Of a stretch of DNA of 64,000 nt, positions 41,821 through 52,086 are shown piece by piece; position 1 is the stretch's first letter; every line of letters starts with the position of its first letter. The translations under genes were made by a program, and so were the position numbers. Origin of the DNA: Candidatus Poribacteria bacterium (GTDB lineage Bacteria > Poribacteria > WGA-4E > WGA-3G); the NCBI GenBank assembly GCA_963663765.2, contig CAXXUA010000005.1, positions 1,568,001 to 1,632,000 of the forward strand, given 5' to 3'. The notes beneath the pieces were generated by a model. The model had not been told where the DNA came from. It worked only from the letters and a program-made list of their open reading frames with translations, and did no database searches.

Positions 41821-42040
41821 AGGTGTGCAAAGTTTTTCGCAGAAAGAATTACGGATTACACGGATTACACAGATTTCGCGGATAAGACAGCAGCATTAGA
41901 TTGCATTGCTTAGGATAACGTTAACATAAGTAAGACGACCACAGCAGAGAACTTATCCGTGTTCTTCGTGTAATCCGCAGATTACGTGATTCCAACATAT
42001 CTAACAATTCAGATAACAACATGCGAAAAACTTTACACAC
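41821..42040. repeat. Inverted-repeat-bounded element with ACGGATTAC / GTAATCCG sub-repeats
   Basis: GGTGTGCAAAGTTTTTCGCA ... TGCGAAAAACTTTACACACC. Confidence 0.65.
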
Positions 42041-42060
42041 CCTATAAGCATAGGTTTATT

Positions 42061-42935
42061 CAGTTTTTCTAATTATTGAATGTTAAAAAAAGAAACCCCC
42101 TGGTAGGAGCGACCTCCCGGTCGCGATTTTCTTAGGAAACAGCTAAAATACCTAAAACTGAATTTTAAAAAAAGAAACCCCCTGGTAGGAGCGACCTCCC
42201 GGTCGCGATTTTCTTAGGAAACAGCTAAAATACCTAAAACTGAATAACCCTGCCATCAGCAAAGAAAGTGTTGCATAATTAGTAAACTATAGTATAAAAT
42301 TACTTTTCACATATTTTATCACTGTTCATAAAGGGAAGCTTATGGATACGCTTTGTTTAGAACACTGTTTGACCGACACAGTTTTTCTAATTATTGAATT
42401 TAAAAAAAAGAAACCCCCTGGTAGGAGCGACCTCCCGGTCGCGATTTTCTTAGCAAACAGCTAAAATACCTAAAACTGAATTTTAAAAAAAGAAACCCCC
42501 TGGTAGGAGCGACCTCCCGGTCGCGATTTTCTTAGCAAACAGCTAAAATACCTAAAACTGAATAACCCTGCCATCAGCAAAGAAAGTGTTGCATAATTAG
42601 TAAACTATAGTATAAAATTACTTTTTACATATTTTATCACTGTTCATAAAGGGAAGCTTATGGATACGCTTTGTTTAGAACACTGTTTGACCGACACAGT
42701 TTTTCTAATTATTGAATTTTAAAAAAAGAAACCCCCTGGTAGGAGCGACCTCCCGGTCGCGATTTTCTTAGCAAACAGCTAAAATACCTAAAACTGAATA
42801 ACCCTGCCATCAGCAAAGAAAGTGTTGCATAATTAGTAAACTATAGTATAAAATTACTTTTCACATATTTTATCACTGTTCATAAAGGGAAGCTTATGGA
42901 TACGCTTTGTTTAGAACACTGTTTGACCGACACAG
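42061..42935 (+). repeat. Tandem triplication (318, 318 and about 237 bp) of REP element, promoter region and first 13 codons of the downstream PhyH gene
   Basis: Units start at 42061, 42379 and 42697; internal 81-bp sub-repeat. Confidence 0.9.
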
Positions 42936-43744
42936 AAAAACAGCAATTTGAGGAAGCGGGTTTCTTTGTCGTTGAAGACGCTATTCCAACAGAAATAGTT
43001 GAGAAGTTGATCGTTGCATTTGATCGGGTCGGTGCGGAACATTTGGGTAAGAACAAACTTCCTACCGATGCTAAGTTCAACATACTTGACTTTGTTGGTA
43101 GAGATGGTGTCTTTATTGAGATGTTAGATTGGCACACAACTTTTCCTAAAGTTTGGGGTATTTTAGGATGGAATATCAAACTCTACCACTCCCACATGAT
43201 TGCACTGCCACCGCTGCCACCTGAAGAACGAAAGAAACAACGGCGACTGGGTTGGCACCAAGACAGTGGACGACTCAACATTGAATTAGAAGGGGAACCG
43301 CGCCCACGTGTTTCCTTGAAGGTTGCTTATTTCCTGACTGATACCTCTGTTCCGGGACGTGGTAATTTCCATGTGATCCCGGGTAGTCAGAAATTCAACA
43401 AGGTAAAGATACCAGACGATGACAAGTCTAACCCTGATAACGCGACCCCTGTTTTTGCGAAACCTGGTACTGCAGTGTTTTTTGACCGCAGGTTGTGGCA
43501 TGCAGTGGGACGCAATGCATCAGACATCATGCGTAAGGTGATTTTCTACGGCTACAGTTACCGTTGGCTGCAACCGCGAGACGATATGACAGTGGAACAT
43601 TATATGGAAAAATCTGACCCAATTCGCCAGCAGATTTTGGGCAAAAGTACTGGCGGTATGGGGTATACGTCTCCCAGAGATGCGGATGTACCACTCCGGG
43701 ATTGGATTCAAGAAAATCTGGGATCTGAAGCCGTCACGCGGTAA
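42896..43744 (+). CDS. Phytanoyl-CoA dioxygenase family (Fe/2OG)
   Basis: WHQD, VIPGSQ, FDRRLWH..R. Confidence 0.9.
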   Translation: MDTLCLEHCLTDTEKQQFEEAGFFVVEDAIPTEIVEKLIVAFDRVGAEHLGKNKLPTDAKFNILDFVGRDGVFIEMLDWHTTFPKVWGILGWNIKLYHSHMIALPPLPPEERKKQRRLGWHQDSGRLNIELEGEPRPRVSLKVAYFLTDTSVPGRGNFHVIPGSQKFNKVKIPDDDKSNPDNATPVFAKPGTAVFFDRRLWHAVGRNASDIMRKVIFYGYSYRWLQPRDDMTVEHYMEKSDPIRQQILGKSTGGMGYTSPRDADVPLRDWIQENLGSEAVTR

Positions 43745-43793
43745 ATAGAAATGGATTGGAACACCGTCTGAGACGCAGAAATGATTGCTTTTC

Positions 43794-44981
43794 TTACCAA
43801 TCCCCTCGTCGGTTGTCCCAGAGATGCGCTTTGATAACCTTCTCATTTAGATCTGTCCCCCATCCTGGACGTGTAGGGATTTTCATATAACCATCAACAA
43901 TTTCTGGCGTGTGTGTCGTTAAATCGTCTTTCCAAGGAACATCGTCAATATCCACTTCCATGATACGCACGTTAGGTAAAACTGCACAGAGACTTGCACT
44001 CATAAAAGTCGCAAGGTGACTGTAATAGTTGTGTGGTGCAACATTGAACTGGTAAACATCCGCTAAATCACCAATCTTCTTAGACTGTGAAAACCCGTTC
44101 CACGGCACATCTATCATAAACACATCTGCAGCCCGTGCTTCAAAATAAGGGAGATATTCACGCATATAGTATAGGTTTTCACCAGTGCATATTTTTGTTG
44201 TCGTAGAATCCTTGATTTGACGGATTGCTTCATGCTCATACATATCAATCTCCAACCAGAGCATATCATAAGGTTCTAACACCTTCGCAATACGCATGCA
44301 TGCTTCAGGTTTAAAGTTGAAGTTCAAGTCAAGGTTGAGTCCCACTTCGGGGCCGATTGCATCTCTAAGAGTGCCGATGAGTGTCTCAATGTGTTGTAAA
44401 AGTTCAGGTGTTACATTTCCATCGGTGGAGCCAAGTCCACCCCCGAAACCGCTAAAATACACTGAAGCGGGTTCACCTGGAATAACGATATTTGTCTTAA
44501 GTGCAGTAAATCCTTTTTCAACCACTTCACGTCCTAAAGCTGTGATGTCCTCCATAGTTCTTAAAGGTGGTACACCTATCAGTTCATAATTGTTGACACG
44601 TGATGTGCCGCAGTGCGACCAATACACCCGTACACTTTCCCGTGTCGGACCGCCAAAGAGTTCCACAACAGAGATTCCCAATGCCTTCGCTTTGATGTCA
44701 ACAAGCGCGCATTCAATGCCTGCGATAGACTTAGCAGCGATACCACCCGGACTCTGCCGTGAACCACGAATCATGTCCCAAAAACGCATCTCGTAAGCGC
44801 GTGGATCGCGTCCAATTAACAAAGGTGTTAGATCTTTGATAGTTCCCGCAACGCCGTTAGGATTCCTTCCATCACTACATTCTCCGTAACCTGTAACCCC
44901 CTCGTCAGTTTCCACTTTTACAAAAATCCAGGGTCGCCAACCACCATCTACAATAAAGGTATCAATGTTTGTAATCTTCAT
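43794..44981 (-). CDS. Mandelate racemase / galactonate dehydratase-like enolase-superfamily protein
   Basis: FVKVETDEGVTGYGE, GFTALK, TGEN, APHN, PGWG. Confidence 0.88.
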   Translation of the reverse strand: MKITNIDTFIVDGGWRPWIFVKVETDEGVTGYGECSDGRNPNGVAGTIKDLTPLLIGRDPRAYEMRFWDMIRGSRQSPGGIAAKSIAGIECALVDIKAKALGISVVELFGGPTRESVRVYWSHCGTSRVNNYELIGVPPLRTMEDITALGREVVEKGFTALKTNIVIPGEPASVYFSGFGGGLGSTDGNVTPELLQHIETLIGTLRDAIGPEVGLNLDLNFNFKPEACMRIAKVLEPYDMLWLEIDMYEHEAIRQIKDSTTTKICTGENLYYMREYLPYFEARAADVFMIDVPWNGFSQSKKIGDLADVYQFNVAPHNYYSHLATFMSASLCAVLPNVRIMEVDIDDVPWKDDLTTHTPEIVDGYMKIPTRPGWGTDLNEKVIKAHLWDNRRGDW

Positions 44982-45004
44982 AAGACTCCCAATAATGTCT
45001 TAGA

Positions 45005-45997
45005 TTAAAGTTTTACTATCTCACCTTGCTGTGCTGATTTACGCAATGCATCACAAACACGCATCGTGTTTATGGCTATCTCAGCCCATTCTGGCTCAAG
45101 ATTATTAGATTGTACTATCCCTGAAAACCTTTCAATCATATTGACTTCTTGATTGCAAGTTCCCGTTTCGTGCTTAACATTATCCGGTCCATGTATCCAG
45201 AACCGCGCGGATTCTTCCGATGTAGGCACAGTGAAATCATCACAGACTAAGGATGCTTGTGTACCTGCGACTTCAAACCATTTTCGCAAACTTGTATCAA
45301 ATCCACAATCCAAAGTTGCAATACGGTCATTTTCAAACCAAAGGATACCTGAAAGATTGAAATCGACACCGACCTTGTAGCGTGCAGTTGCAAACACCTT
45401 CGTTGGCATCTCCTCAAAAGCCCACAGGATAGCACGGACACAGTAATAACCGAGATCACCAAGGCTACCTCCACCCAATTCTGGTTTAGCACGGATATTT
45501 TCTGTTGGAATTGTATTCCAGTTGAATGTGAAAGTAGCTGTTACTCTTCGCAAATTTCCTAAGTTTGCCAACTGTTGTTTCATCATCTCTGTTCTATCAT
45601 GATGCACCCACATGACCCCATCCATCAGTTGCACGCCATTCCGCTGACAGGAATCTGCCATAATTGTGGCTTCGTCTGAATTGACAGAAAGTGGTTTCTC
45701 ACAAAGCACATGTTTTCCGTGTTCTGCTGCTTTGACTGTCCATTCCGCGTGCATTGATGGAGGTAAAGGAATGTAGATGGCATTAATGGACGCATCTGAA
45801 AGAAGGTCATCATAAGTACCATAAGCGATGGGTACATTGTGCTTTTTTGCCCATGCATTTGCACGTTCTTCAGTGCGACTTGCTACCGCGACCAATTCTG
45901 CATTATGTGCAAGATTAATTGCGCGTGCAACTTTTGATGCAATACTTGCGGTGCTGAGTATTCCCCAGCGAATTGGGTTGTTAGATTCTGTATTCAT
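45005..45997 (-). CDS. Gfo/Idh/MocA oxidoreductase
   Basis: RWGILSTASIA, KHVLCEKP, GGGSLGDLGYY. Confidence 0.92.
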   Translation of the reverse strand: MNTESNNPIRWGILSTASIASKVARAINLAHNAELVAVASRTEERANAWAKKHNVPIAYGTYDDLLSDASINAIYIPLPPSMHAEWTVKAAEHGKHVLCEKPLSVNSDEATIMADSCQRNGVQLMDGVMWVHHDRTEMMKQQLANLGNLRRVTATFTFNWNTIPTENIRAKPELGGGSLGDLGYYCVRAILWAFEEMPTKVFATARYKVGVDFNLSGILWFENDRIATLDCGFDTSLRKWFEVAGTQASLVCDDFTVPTSEESARFWIHGPDNVKHETGTCNQEVNMIERFSGIVQSNNLEPEWAEIAINTMRVCDALRKSAQQGEIVKL

Positions 45998-46241
45998 ACT
46001 GCTCCGTTAAACAAAAAGAAATCTGGTTACTCGTTGCTTTACTATACCTTTCGCGACCGGGAGGTCACTCCTACCGAAGAGATGTCTTCAAACCAGCAAT
46101 TACAATGCAATTCCTTAATGAGACAAAAGTGATTAGAATTGGTATAACAAACACATAGTCCTATGCTAAGATAATTGTCCAAAAAACCAAAATCTGAATA
46201 ACCCTATTCCAACATATTGGGAATAACTTGTAAAACAAACT

Positions 46242-47228
46242 CTAAAATTTGTCTTCCGTTTTTGAGTAAATTGATATTAAGACGAAACAGGTTGTTTGTA
46301 AGTTTGTTGCTGTTGTCTTAAGTTCTATTGGTGTATCACTCTTGAATCCGCCATCCTTCTCTTGTGCTTTTGTAAGATATGATATTGCGATGCGACGCGT
46401 ATTGAGTGGATCAGCTGCAGCGGTAAGGCCCATAATAGCAGCCGCAGTAACCTCTGGATCACTTGGTTGTCCTTTAAACCTACCAAAACCACCATCTCTG
46501 TTTTGGAAATGTTTTATCAGCGCAACCTGTTCATCAAGATCATATTCGGGTGACAGTCCTTGAAGTGCCCATGAAGTTACATATATATCCGATTGCGTTC
46601 CACCTGGGAGATGCCAAATATTGTCAAAATTGTTCTGTTCTGCTAACCACTTAATTCCTGAGCTAATGGGTTTGAAATGTTCTTGTATAAAACCGAGTCT
46701 TTTAAACCCAACAATTGTTGCTGATGTGTAGAGTATATGTCCGGGACTTTTGCTCTTGCGTCCCCAACTCCCACTACGATTCTGTGCATTCTTGAGCCAA
46801 TACATTCCTTTTAATCTGGCTTCAGAGTCAGTTTTAGAATTCGTTAGCGCAATAAGTGCAAACGCAGTATGAGCGGTGTTGTCGTTCCAACTTCCGTTTT
46901 CACGTTGTAGGATTCTCAAATATCTGACACCCCCGCGAATGATGCGTGATCCTGTTCCCCACTCCGCATCCGTCAATGCCCAGACAGCAAGTGCTGTGAT
47001 CTCTACATCACTTTTGCCACCTGGTAATAGAGGCCAGCCCCCATCTTTGTTTTGGTGCTTCACTATAAATGCTTTCGTACTTTCTATAGTTTTATAAAGT
47101 GAAGACATTTCTGTTTTCTTTGAAGTGATCTTTTCATTCTCAGCAACTATGTTTGTAATATTGAAGCTAAAAAGGAAGATGAGTGTTTGACAACATAACA
47201 AAATGAACGTACGTTTTTGATTTCTCAT
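46242..47228 (-). CDS. Secreted prenyltransferase / squalene-oxidase-repeat protein
   Basis: Repeated QNKDGGW, QRENGSW, QNRSGSW, QNRDGGF; N-terminal hydrophobic signal. Confidence 0.8.
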   Translation of the reverse strand: MRNQKRTFILLCCQTLIFLFSFNITNIVAENEKITSKKTEMSSLYKTIESTKAFIVKHQNKDGGWPLLPGGKSDVEITALAVWALTDAEWGTGSRIIRGGVRYLRILQRENGSWNDNTAHTAFALIALTNSKTDSEARLKGMYWLKNAQNRSGSWGRKSKSPGHILYTSATIVGFKRLGFIQEHFKPISSGIKWLAEQNNFDNIWHLPGGTQSDIYVTSWALQGLSPEYDLDEQVALIKHFQNRDGGFGRFKGQPSDPEVTAAAIMGLTAAADPLNTRRIAISYLTKAQEKDGGFKSDTPIELKTTATNLQTTCFVLISIYSKTEDKF

Positions 47229-47252
47229 TATTTCACCTATGTATTGGAGTGA

Positions 47253-47417
47253 CAGGACTTACGCACCCAACGGTAGACGCGCTTTGTAAGCGGGGAATGC
47301 CAAAAGGCATTCATACCGTTGATTTCTTGATTTGGCACTGGAAACCGAAAAAATGCTGAAAATTACACCATTTTCGTCATAATTCTTCATCAAATCATGA
47401 AAACTGCGTAAGTCCTG
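47253..47417. mobile_element. CAGGACTTACGCA MITE with REP-like cargo
   Basis: Perfect 13-bp TIR; flanks GGAGTGA / GGAGTGT. Confidence 0.75.
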
Positions 47418-47456
47418 GGAGTGTTTTATATGCTGATGTTTTTCCATAAAAAAAGG

Positions 47457-48581
47457 TCAACTATGGGGTTCAATAACAACCTTGTAAACACCTTCATTTC
47501 CAAGCATATCAATGCCATTTTCTAATTGATTCAAGGGTAGATGGTGTGTTATAAGTTTTTGTAAAGGTGCACGTGTTCTCTGAAGAAAATCCAAAGCTGT
47601 CTGAAACTGGATTTGAGGATATGCCCACACACCACACACGTCAAGGTCTTTGTTGCATATCTGATGTGGTCTTACTTGTGTTTCTCCTGAATCCGTGTAG
47701 TGTCCAACTTCAATTACTTTTCCACCGCGTCTTACGACTTCTAATGCCTCTGAAAAAACTGCTGGTATCCCCGCACATTCAATTGAGATGTCAACACCGA
47801 CCCCGTTTGTGAGGGATTGAATCTGTTCAACCCGTTCTTCAAGAGTTGTGTTCCCAACATTTATAGCCACATCTGCTCCCATCTGTTTTGCCATATCTAA
47901 ACGGCTATCCACAACGTCGGTAGCAATGATTGTACCTGCTCCGCTATCCCGCAACACAGCAATCACGAGGAGCCCAATGGGACCACATCCTAACACAGCA
48001 ACTCGACTACCAATGCTATAACCATCACCCACCTGAGGTAATCCGGGTGCACATGCACGTTCAACTGCACGGGTCGCAACCGCAACAGGTTCTGTAAGAA
48101 CAGATATTTCCTCAGGTATATCCTCTGGTATTTTGTAGACCCAAGAGTTACCGTGAATATAGGTATATTCAGAAAACTCACCAGTTAAATATGGTGGTGT
48201 TTCGCTATTACTGAAGCCGTAAATAGTGCGTCCAGAACATAGGGTGGGCCGTCCAGGGACATGCAAACAGTAGTAACATCTTCCGCAGTTTTTTGATCCA
48301 GGTACAACGGTAATTCTGTCACCTTCTTGAATCGGTCCACCCATTACATTCATAGTTTGATTGGCATTTTTACCGATTTCTGCGACCGTGCCAACGACCT
48401 CATGTCCTGGAATGACGGGGAATCTCAGGGTAGTATGTCCCAGATACATGTGTTTATCGCTGCCACATATACCAACTTTGTCCACTTGTAACAGCAGAGA
48501 GTCTTTTGCAGGAGTCGGTTTGTTAAATTCTCGGATTTCAATATGTCCCGGTTGAAACATCACCGCAGCTTGAACTTGCAT
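47457..48581 (-). CDS. Zn-dependent alcohol/polyol dehydrogenase
   Basis: GICGSD, GHE, CGRCYYC..C, GCGPIG. Confidence 0.92.
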   Translation of the reverse strand: MQVQAAVMFQPGHIEIREFNKPTPAKDSLLLQVDKVGICGSDKHMYLGHTTLRFPVIPGHEVVGTVAEIGKNANQTMNVMGGPIQEGDRITVVPGSKNCGRCYYCLHVPGRPTLCSGRTIYGFSNSETPPYLTGEFSEYTYIHGNSWVYKIPEDIPEEISVLTEPVAVATRAVERACAPGLPQVGDGYSIGSRVAVLGCGPIGLLVIAVLRDSGAGTIIATDVVDSRLDMAKQMGADVAINVGNTTLEERVEQIQSLTNGVGVDISIECAGIPAVFSEALEVVRRGGKVIEVGHYTDSGETQVRPHQICNKDLDVCGVWAYPQIQFQTALDFLQRTRAPLQKLITHHLPLNQLENGIDMLGNEGVYKVVIEPHS

Positions 48582-48611
48582 AGTTTGTAACCCTTACTTA
48601 TGTCTATATTG

Positions 48612-48767
48612 ATGACGATTAATTTGTTAATTCGGAAATCAAATATTTCTCCCCGGGTAGGTGTGTTTTGTAAGCGCGCTGTGGAGTTTTGACATACCAA
48701 TGCGCTTACAAAACACACCCACGGGGTGAGTTAGATAGAATTACCGATTCAGTTTATTAATCTTCAT
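48612..48767. mobile_element. ATGAAGATTA-ended MITE with REP pair
   Basis: ATGACGATTAAT...TTAATCTTCAT; internal GTAGGTGTGTTTTGTAAGCGC / GCGCTTACAAAACACACC. Confidence 0.7.
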
Positions 48768-48782
48768 GTATACAGACAACGT

Positions 48783-49937
48783 TTACTTTTTCCATAGTGG
48801 AATTAATATCTTTGTCAACTGTGCCAAACTTTCTAAATTATGTGCTGGAAGAAAATAGTCTACGTAAGGCAGTGCGGTACGAATCCCACGACATATCGGT
48901 TGATATGTGTCGCTTCCCAGTAATGGATTAAGCCATATTAGTTTATACGCATGCCGATGTAACATCTCCATAGATCGTTGGAGGAGTTCCGCATCGCCTC
49001 TATCCCAACCATCGCTAATGAGGATTACAACTGACCGATATGCTGAAAAAGATGAAGCGAATTGACGATAAAACGTTAATAGACTTTCACCAATTTTCGT
49101 ACCACCCGACCAATCTGGGACAATGTTCGCAACTTCATTCAATCCTGCTGCCAAACCTTTACGTTGAAGTAGTCCAGTGATATTTGTTAAATGTGTACTG
49201 AAAACTGCGACTTCTACTTCCCTTAACTCCTGCTGCATGCCGTAGATAAATTGAATTAGGAATTTGGAATAACAATCCATTGACCCACTTACATCACAGA
49301 GGAGTAGAATTCTTGTCTTTTTGATTTTTTGCTTTTTGCGTTTCAGTTCAATCGGTTCACCACCGTGTACAAGATTTATTCGCCAACTTCGTCGAAAATC
49401 AATTGTTCTCCCCTTTTTGCTGCTAACCTTTCGTCTACTTAGTTTTGTTGCTAATACCGCTGCCAATTTTGCAACAACCTGCCGTGCTGTCTCCATATCT
49501 TTTTCAGAATACTCACTAAAATCCTTTCGTTTCAGTACCTCCTCTACACTATACGCTATAGGATCGTCTTCCTGTCCCTCCTCATCTGTGTCCTCAAAAT
49601 CTGTCCATTGATCCATGATGTTTTCTTCATTTTCTGTATCATAAAGGTCTTGCAAGGCAGAGGGTTCAGGTTCATCTTCGCCGGTATCAGTTATTTGGAT
49701 TTCTGGTCTTGGATACCTCCAAAACAAATTGAAGGCAGCATCAAATTTTTCTCGATCTATTTCGTTCGCAATCAAGTTTGTTCGTGCTGTGTGATAAAAA
49801 ATATCCCGTTCATTGATGTCAATGAAATCAACGCTTTTACACCAACTTAGCTGATTAGTTGTAGTTACGTTAACACCTATCTGCCTAAGTAGTTTGCAAA
49901 AATTGTTGATCTGATGAAGAAGGGTGTGTTTAGTCAT
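48783..49937 (-). CDS. CoxE-like VWA-domain protein
   Basis: LLCDVSGSM (MIDAS), WSGGTKIG, ISDGWD, WLNPL. Confidence 0.9.
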   Translation of the reverse strand: MTKHTLLHQINNFCKLLRQIGVNVTTTNQLSWCKSVDFIDINERDIFYHTARTNLIANEIDREKFDAAFNLFWRYPRPEIQITDTGEDEPEPSALQDLYDTENEENIMDQWTDFEDTDEEGQEDDPIAYSVEEVLKRKDFSEYSEKDMETARQVVAKLAAVLATKLSRRKVSSKKGRTIDFRRSWRINLVHGGEPIELKRKKQKIKKTRILLLCDVSGSMDCYSKFLIQFIYGMQQELREVEVAVFSTHLTNITGLLQRKGLAAGLNEVANIVPDWSGGTKIGESLLTFYRQFASSFSAYRSVVILISDGWDRGDAELLQRSMEMLHRHAYKLIWLNPLLGSDTYQPICRGIRTALPYVDYFLPAHNLESLAQLTKILIPLWKK

Positions 49938-50850
49938 TTTCCTGTTTTTTTAGAAAAGCAATGAATGCTTCCAGTTCTTTAGAAAGCATAGGAAAAAAAT
50001 CGTTTACTCGCGTTGCATTCTCAAGCATTTTTGCATAATCCAGTTCATCTCCGTAAATATATAAGAAAACATGACGAAAACCGAGTAGTTTTTGTAGCTT
50101 GATATAAGTATCTTGTGAAATTACAGGAGCACGTATTGATGTTGGTTCTGCGATTTGTTGCAATAGGGTTTTGTGCCATTCTTCTCCTGCAGGTAAAGAT
50201 TGGTCAAACTCTTGAGCAATTCTTGCAAAAATGTTTTCCAACTGCTTATAGAAATCATATAGATATCTGGCGATTTCTATCTCTATGCTGCGTCTATATC
50301 GTTCTGGTGCATCTTGAATGTTTTGCAATGCTTGATCAATGAGTTGAACAGCACCTTTTACTTTTGTATATCCATCATTCATACGTTGTATTAATTCTTT
50401 ATGCAATGTGTATGATACTTTTCTTTTTTCAATTTTATGACATTTTCTGTAGAATCCTGCTTCACCTTTCTGTATTGGAATTACTTGGTTCTGTATGCGG
50501 TCACGAAACATTCCTTTACAATCCTCAAAACTAACCAAATCAATATTGAATTCTTGACTAAAACCGATAGTTTCGTATACAGCGCGCAAGTACTGGTCAA
50601 ACGAAAGTCCCCAAACTGCCATATCAATATCCGACCATTTTGAGAAACGATTTTGTTGTGCAAGCGACCCAAATACTGCGACCTGTGTTGCCCCAAATTC
50701 TTCGTAGAGCATTGCTGCTAACTTTTGCGCGGTTTGCCATGCACGTTGCAGTAATGCCTCATCTGCTGTCCTTTTATTAAAATGTTTCTCAAGACGTGCT
50801 CTGTTTTCTTGTATTTTTTCTGAAGATAGGTCTTTTTGTATCAAAATCAA
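49930..50850 (-). CDS. Fused MNT nucleotidyltransferase + HEPN (HepT-like) protein
   Basis: FGSL-x9-DID in N-terminal half; ENIFARIA..WHKTLL..FRHVFLYIY in C-terminal half. Confidence 0.82.
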   Translation of the reverse strand: MILIQKDLSSEKIQENRARLEKHFNKRTADEALLQRAWQTAQKLAAMLYEEFGATQVAVFGSLAQQNRFSKWSDIDMAVWGLSFDQYLRAVYETIGFSQEFNIDLVSFEDCKGMFRDRIQNQVIPIQKGEAGFYRKCHKIEKRKVSYTLHKELIQRMNDGYTKVKGAVQLIDQALQNIQDAPERYRRSIEIEIARYLYDFYKQLENIFARIAQEFDQSLPAGEEWHKTLLQQIAEPTSIRAPVISQDTYIKLQKLLGFRHVFLYIYGDELDYAKMLENATRVNDFFPMLSKELEAFIAFLKKQEND

Positions 50851-50858
50851 TCAATCCT

Positions 50859-50957
50859 TTACACCAATTTTAACTGATTAGTTGTTACGTTAACACTGAT
50901 CTGCTTAAGAAGTTTGCAAAAATCGTTGATCTGATGAAGAAGGGTGTGTTCAGTCAT
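50859..50957 (-). pseudogene. Truncated duplicate of the coxE 5' end (32-aa ORF)
   Basis: MTEHTLLHQINDFCKLLKQISVNVTTNQLKLV* versus CoxE MTKHTLLHQINNFCKLLRQIGVNVTTTNQL. Confidence 0.85.
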
Positions 50958-51828
50958 TTTCCTGTTTTTTTAGGTTAGCAATTAACGTATCTAACTCATT
51001 AGAAAGTCTTTTGAGAATGATATTAAGCTGTTTTGCAATCTGCTCTGTTCTTTCGTAAAGCAATTCTTCTCCATAAATATTATTGAATACATGCCGAAAT
51101 TCTAAAAGTTCTTGTAAACGTTCAAAAGTTTCTTGAGAAATTACAGGTTGTCGTTGATTCTGTGGTTCTGCCATCTGATCCAATAAGTCTTTATGCCACC
51201 TACTTCCATCGGGTAAACGTAAGTCAACATCAAGGGCAATTCTTCTAAAGATGTTTTCCATACCTTGGTAACAATCAACAAGGTTTTTGGCAATCGTTAT
51301 TTCTATATATTCTCTGTACTCAGCAGGTGAACTCTTTATTTTCTCTAATCGTTCTTCAATTTTGGTAGCAGTTTCTGATATTTTTTTAAGTTCATCAGTA
51401 ATTCGTTGAATAAGTACCCTTCTATCCACTTCATAGATTGCTCCTTTTTCTATAGAAATCAATTGACTTTTAATTCTTTCTTGAAACAGCCTGTTACAAC
51501 TGTCAAAATCTACTAAACCCACTTTGAACAATCCACTTATATCTGAAGCGATTGACAATGCGCGAAGATATTTATCTTTTGGAATTCCCCAAACAGCAAT
51601 ATCAATATCCGAATATTTTGAGAAACGATTTTGTTGTGTAAGCGATCCAAATACTGCGACCTGTGTTGCCCCAAAATCTTCATAAAGCGTCGATGCTAAC
51701 TTGTACGCAGTTTGCCATGCCCGTTGCAGCAATACCTCATCTACCGTCCTTTTATTGAAGCGTTTCTCAATAGTCGAACGGTATTTCTGTACTTTATCTG
51801 AAGATAGGTCTTTATGTATCAAAATCAA
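50950..51828 (-). CDS. Fused MNT + HEPN protein
   Basis: FGSLTQQNRFSKYSDID; ENIFRRIA..WHKDLL..FRHVFNNIY. Confidence 0.82.
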   Translation of the reverse strand: MILIHKDLSSDKVQKYRSTIEKRFNKRTVDEVLLQRAWQTAYKLASTLYEDFGATQVAVFGSLTQQNRFSKYSDIDIAVWGIPKDKYLRALSIASDISGLFKVGLVDFDSCNRLFQERIKSQLISIEKGAIYEVDRRVLIQRITDELKKISETATKIEERLEKIKSSPAEYREYIEITIAKNLVDCYQGMENIFRRIALDVDLRLPDGSRWHKDLLDQMAEPQNQRQPVISQETFERLQELLEFRHVFNNIYGEELLYERTEQIAKQLNIILKRLSNELDTLIANLKKQEND

Positions 51829-52086
51829 TGAATTCCTTGTGTAAAAATGAAGTTAAATCAACTCTATCAAGGTTGAATAACTTCTGACTCCTATTCTCAT
51901 TTGGGTATAGTTCGTGTCGTTCAGCTACTATGTCTGTGAAGTGGAGAACAAAGACTGATAAAGACAGAAACCAAATTGCAAAATCTGGTATTCTTTCGCG
52001 TCCATCGTTAATCAAGATTGTACCACAATTCCAACGATTTCTCAAATTAAAACATGTTAGAACAACATGTGAGTTTATGTTTCGTA

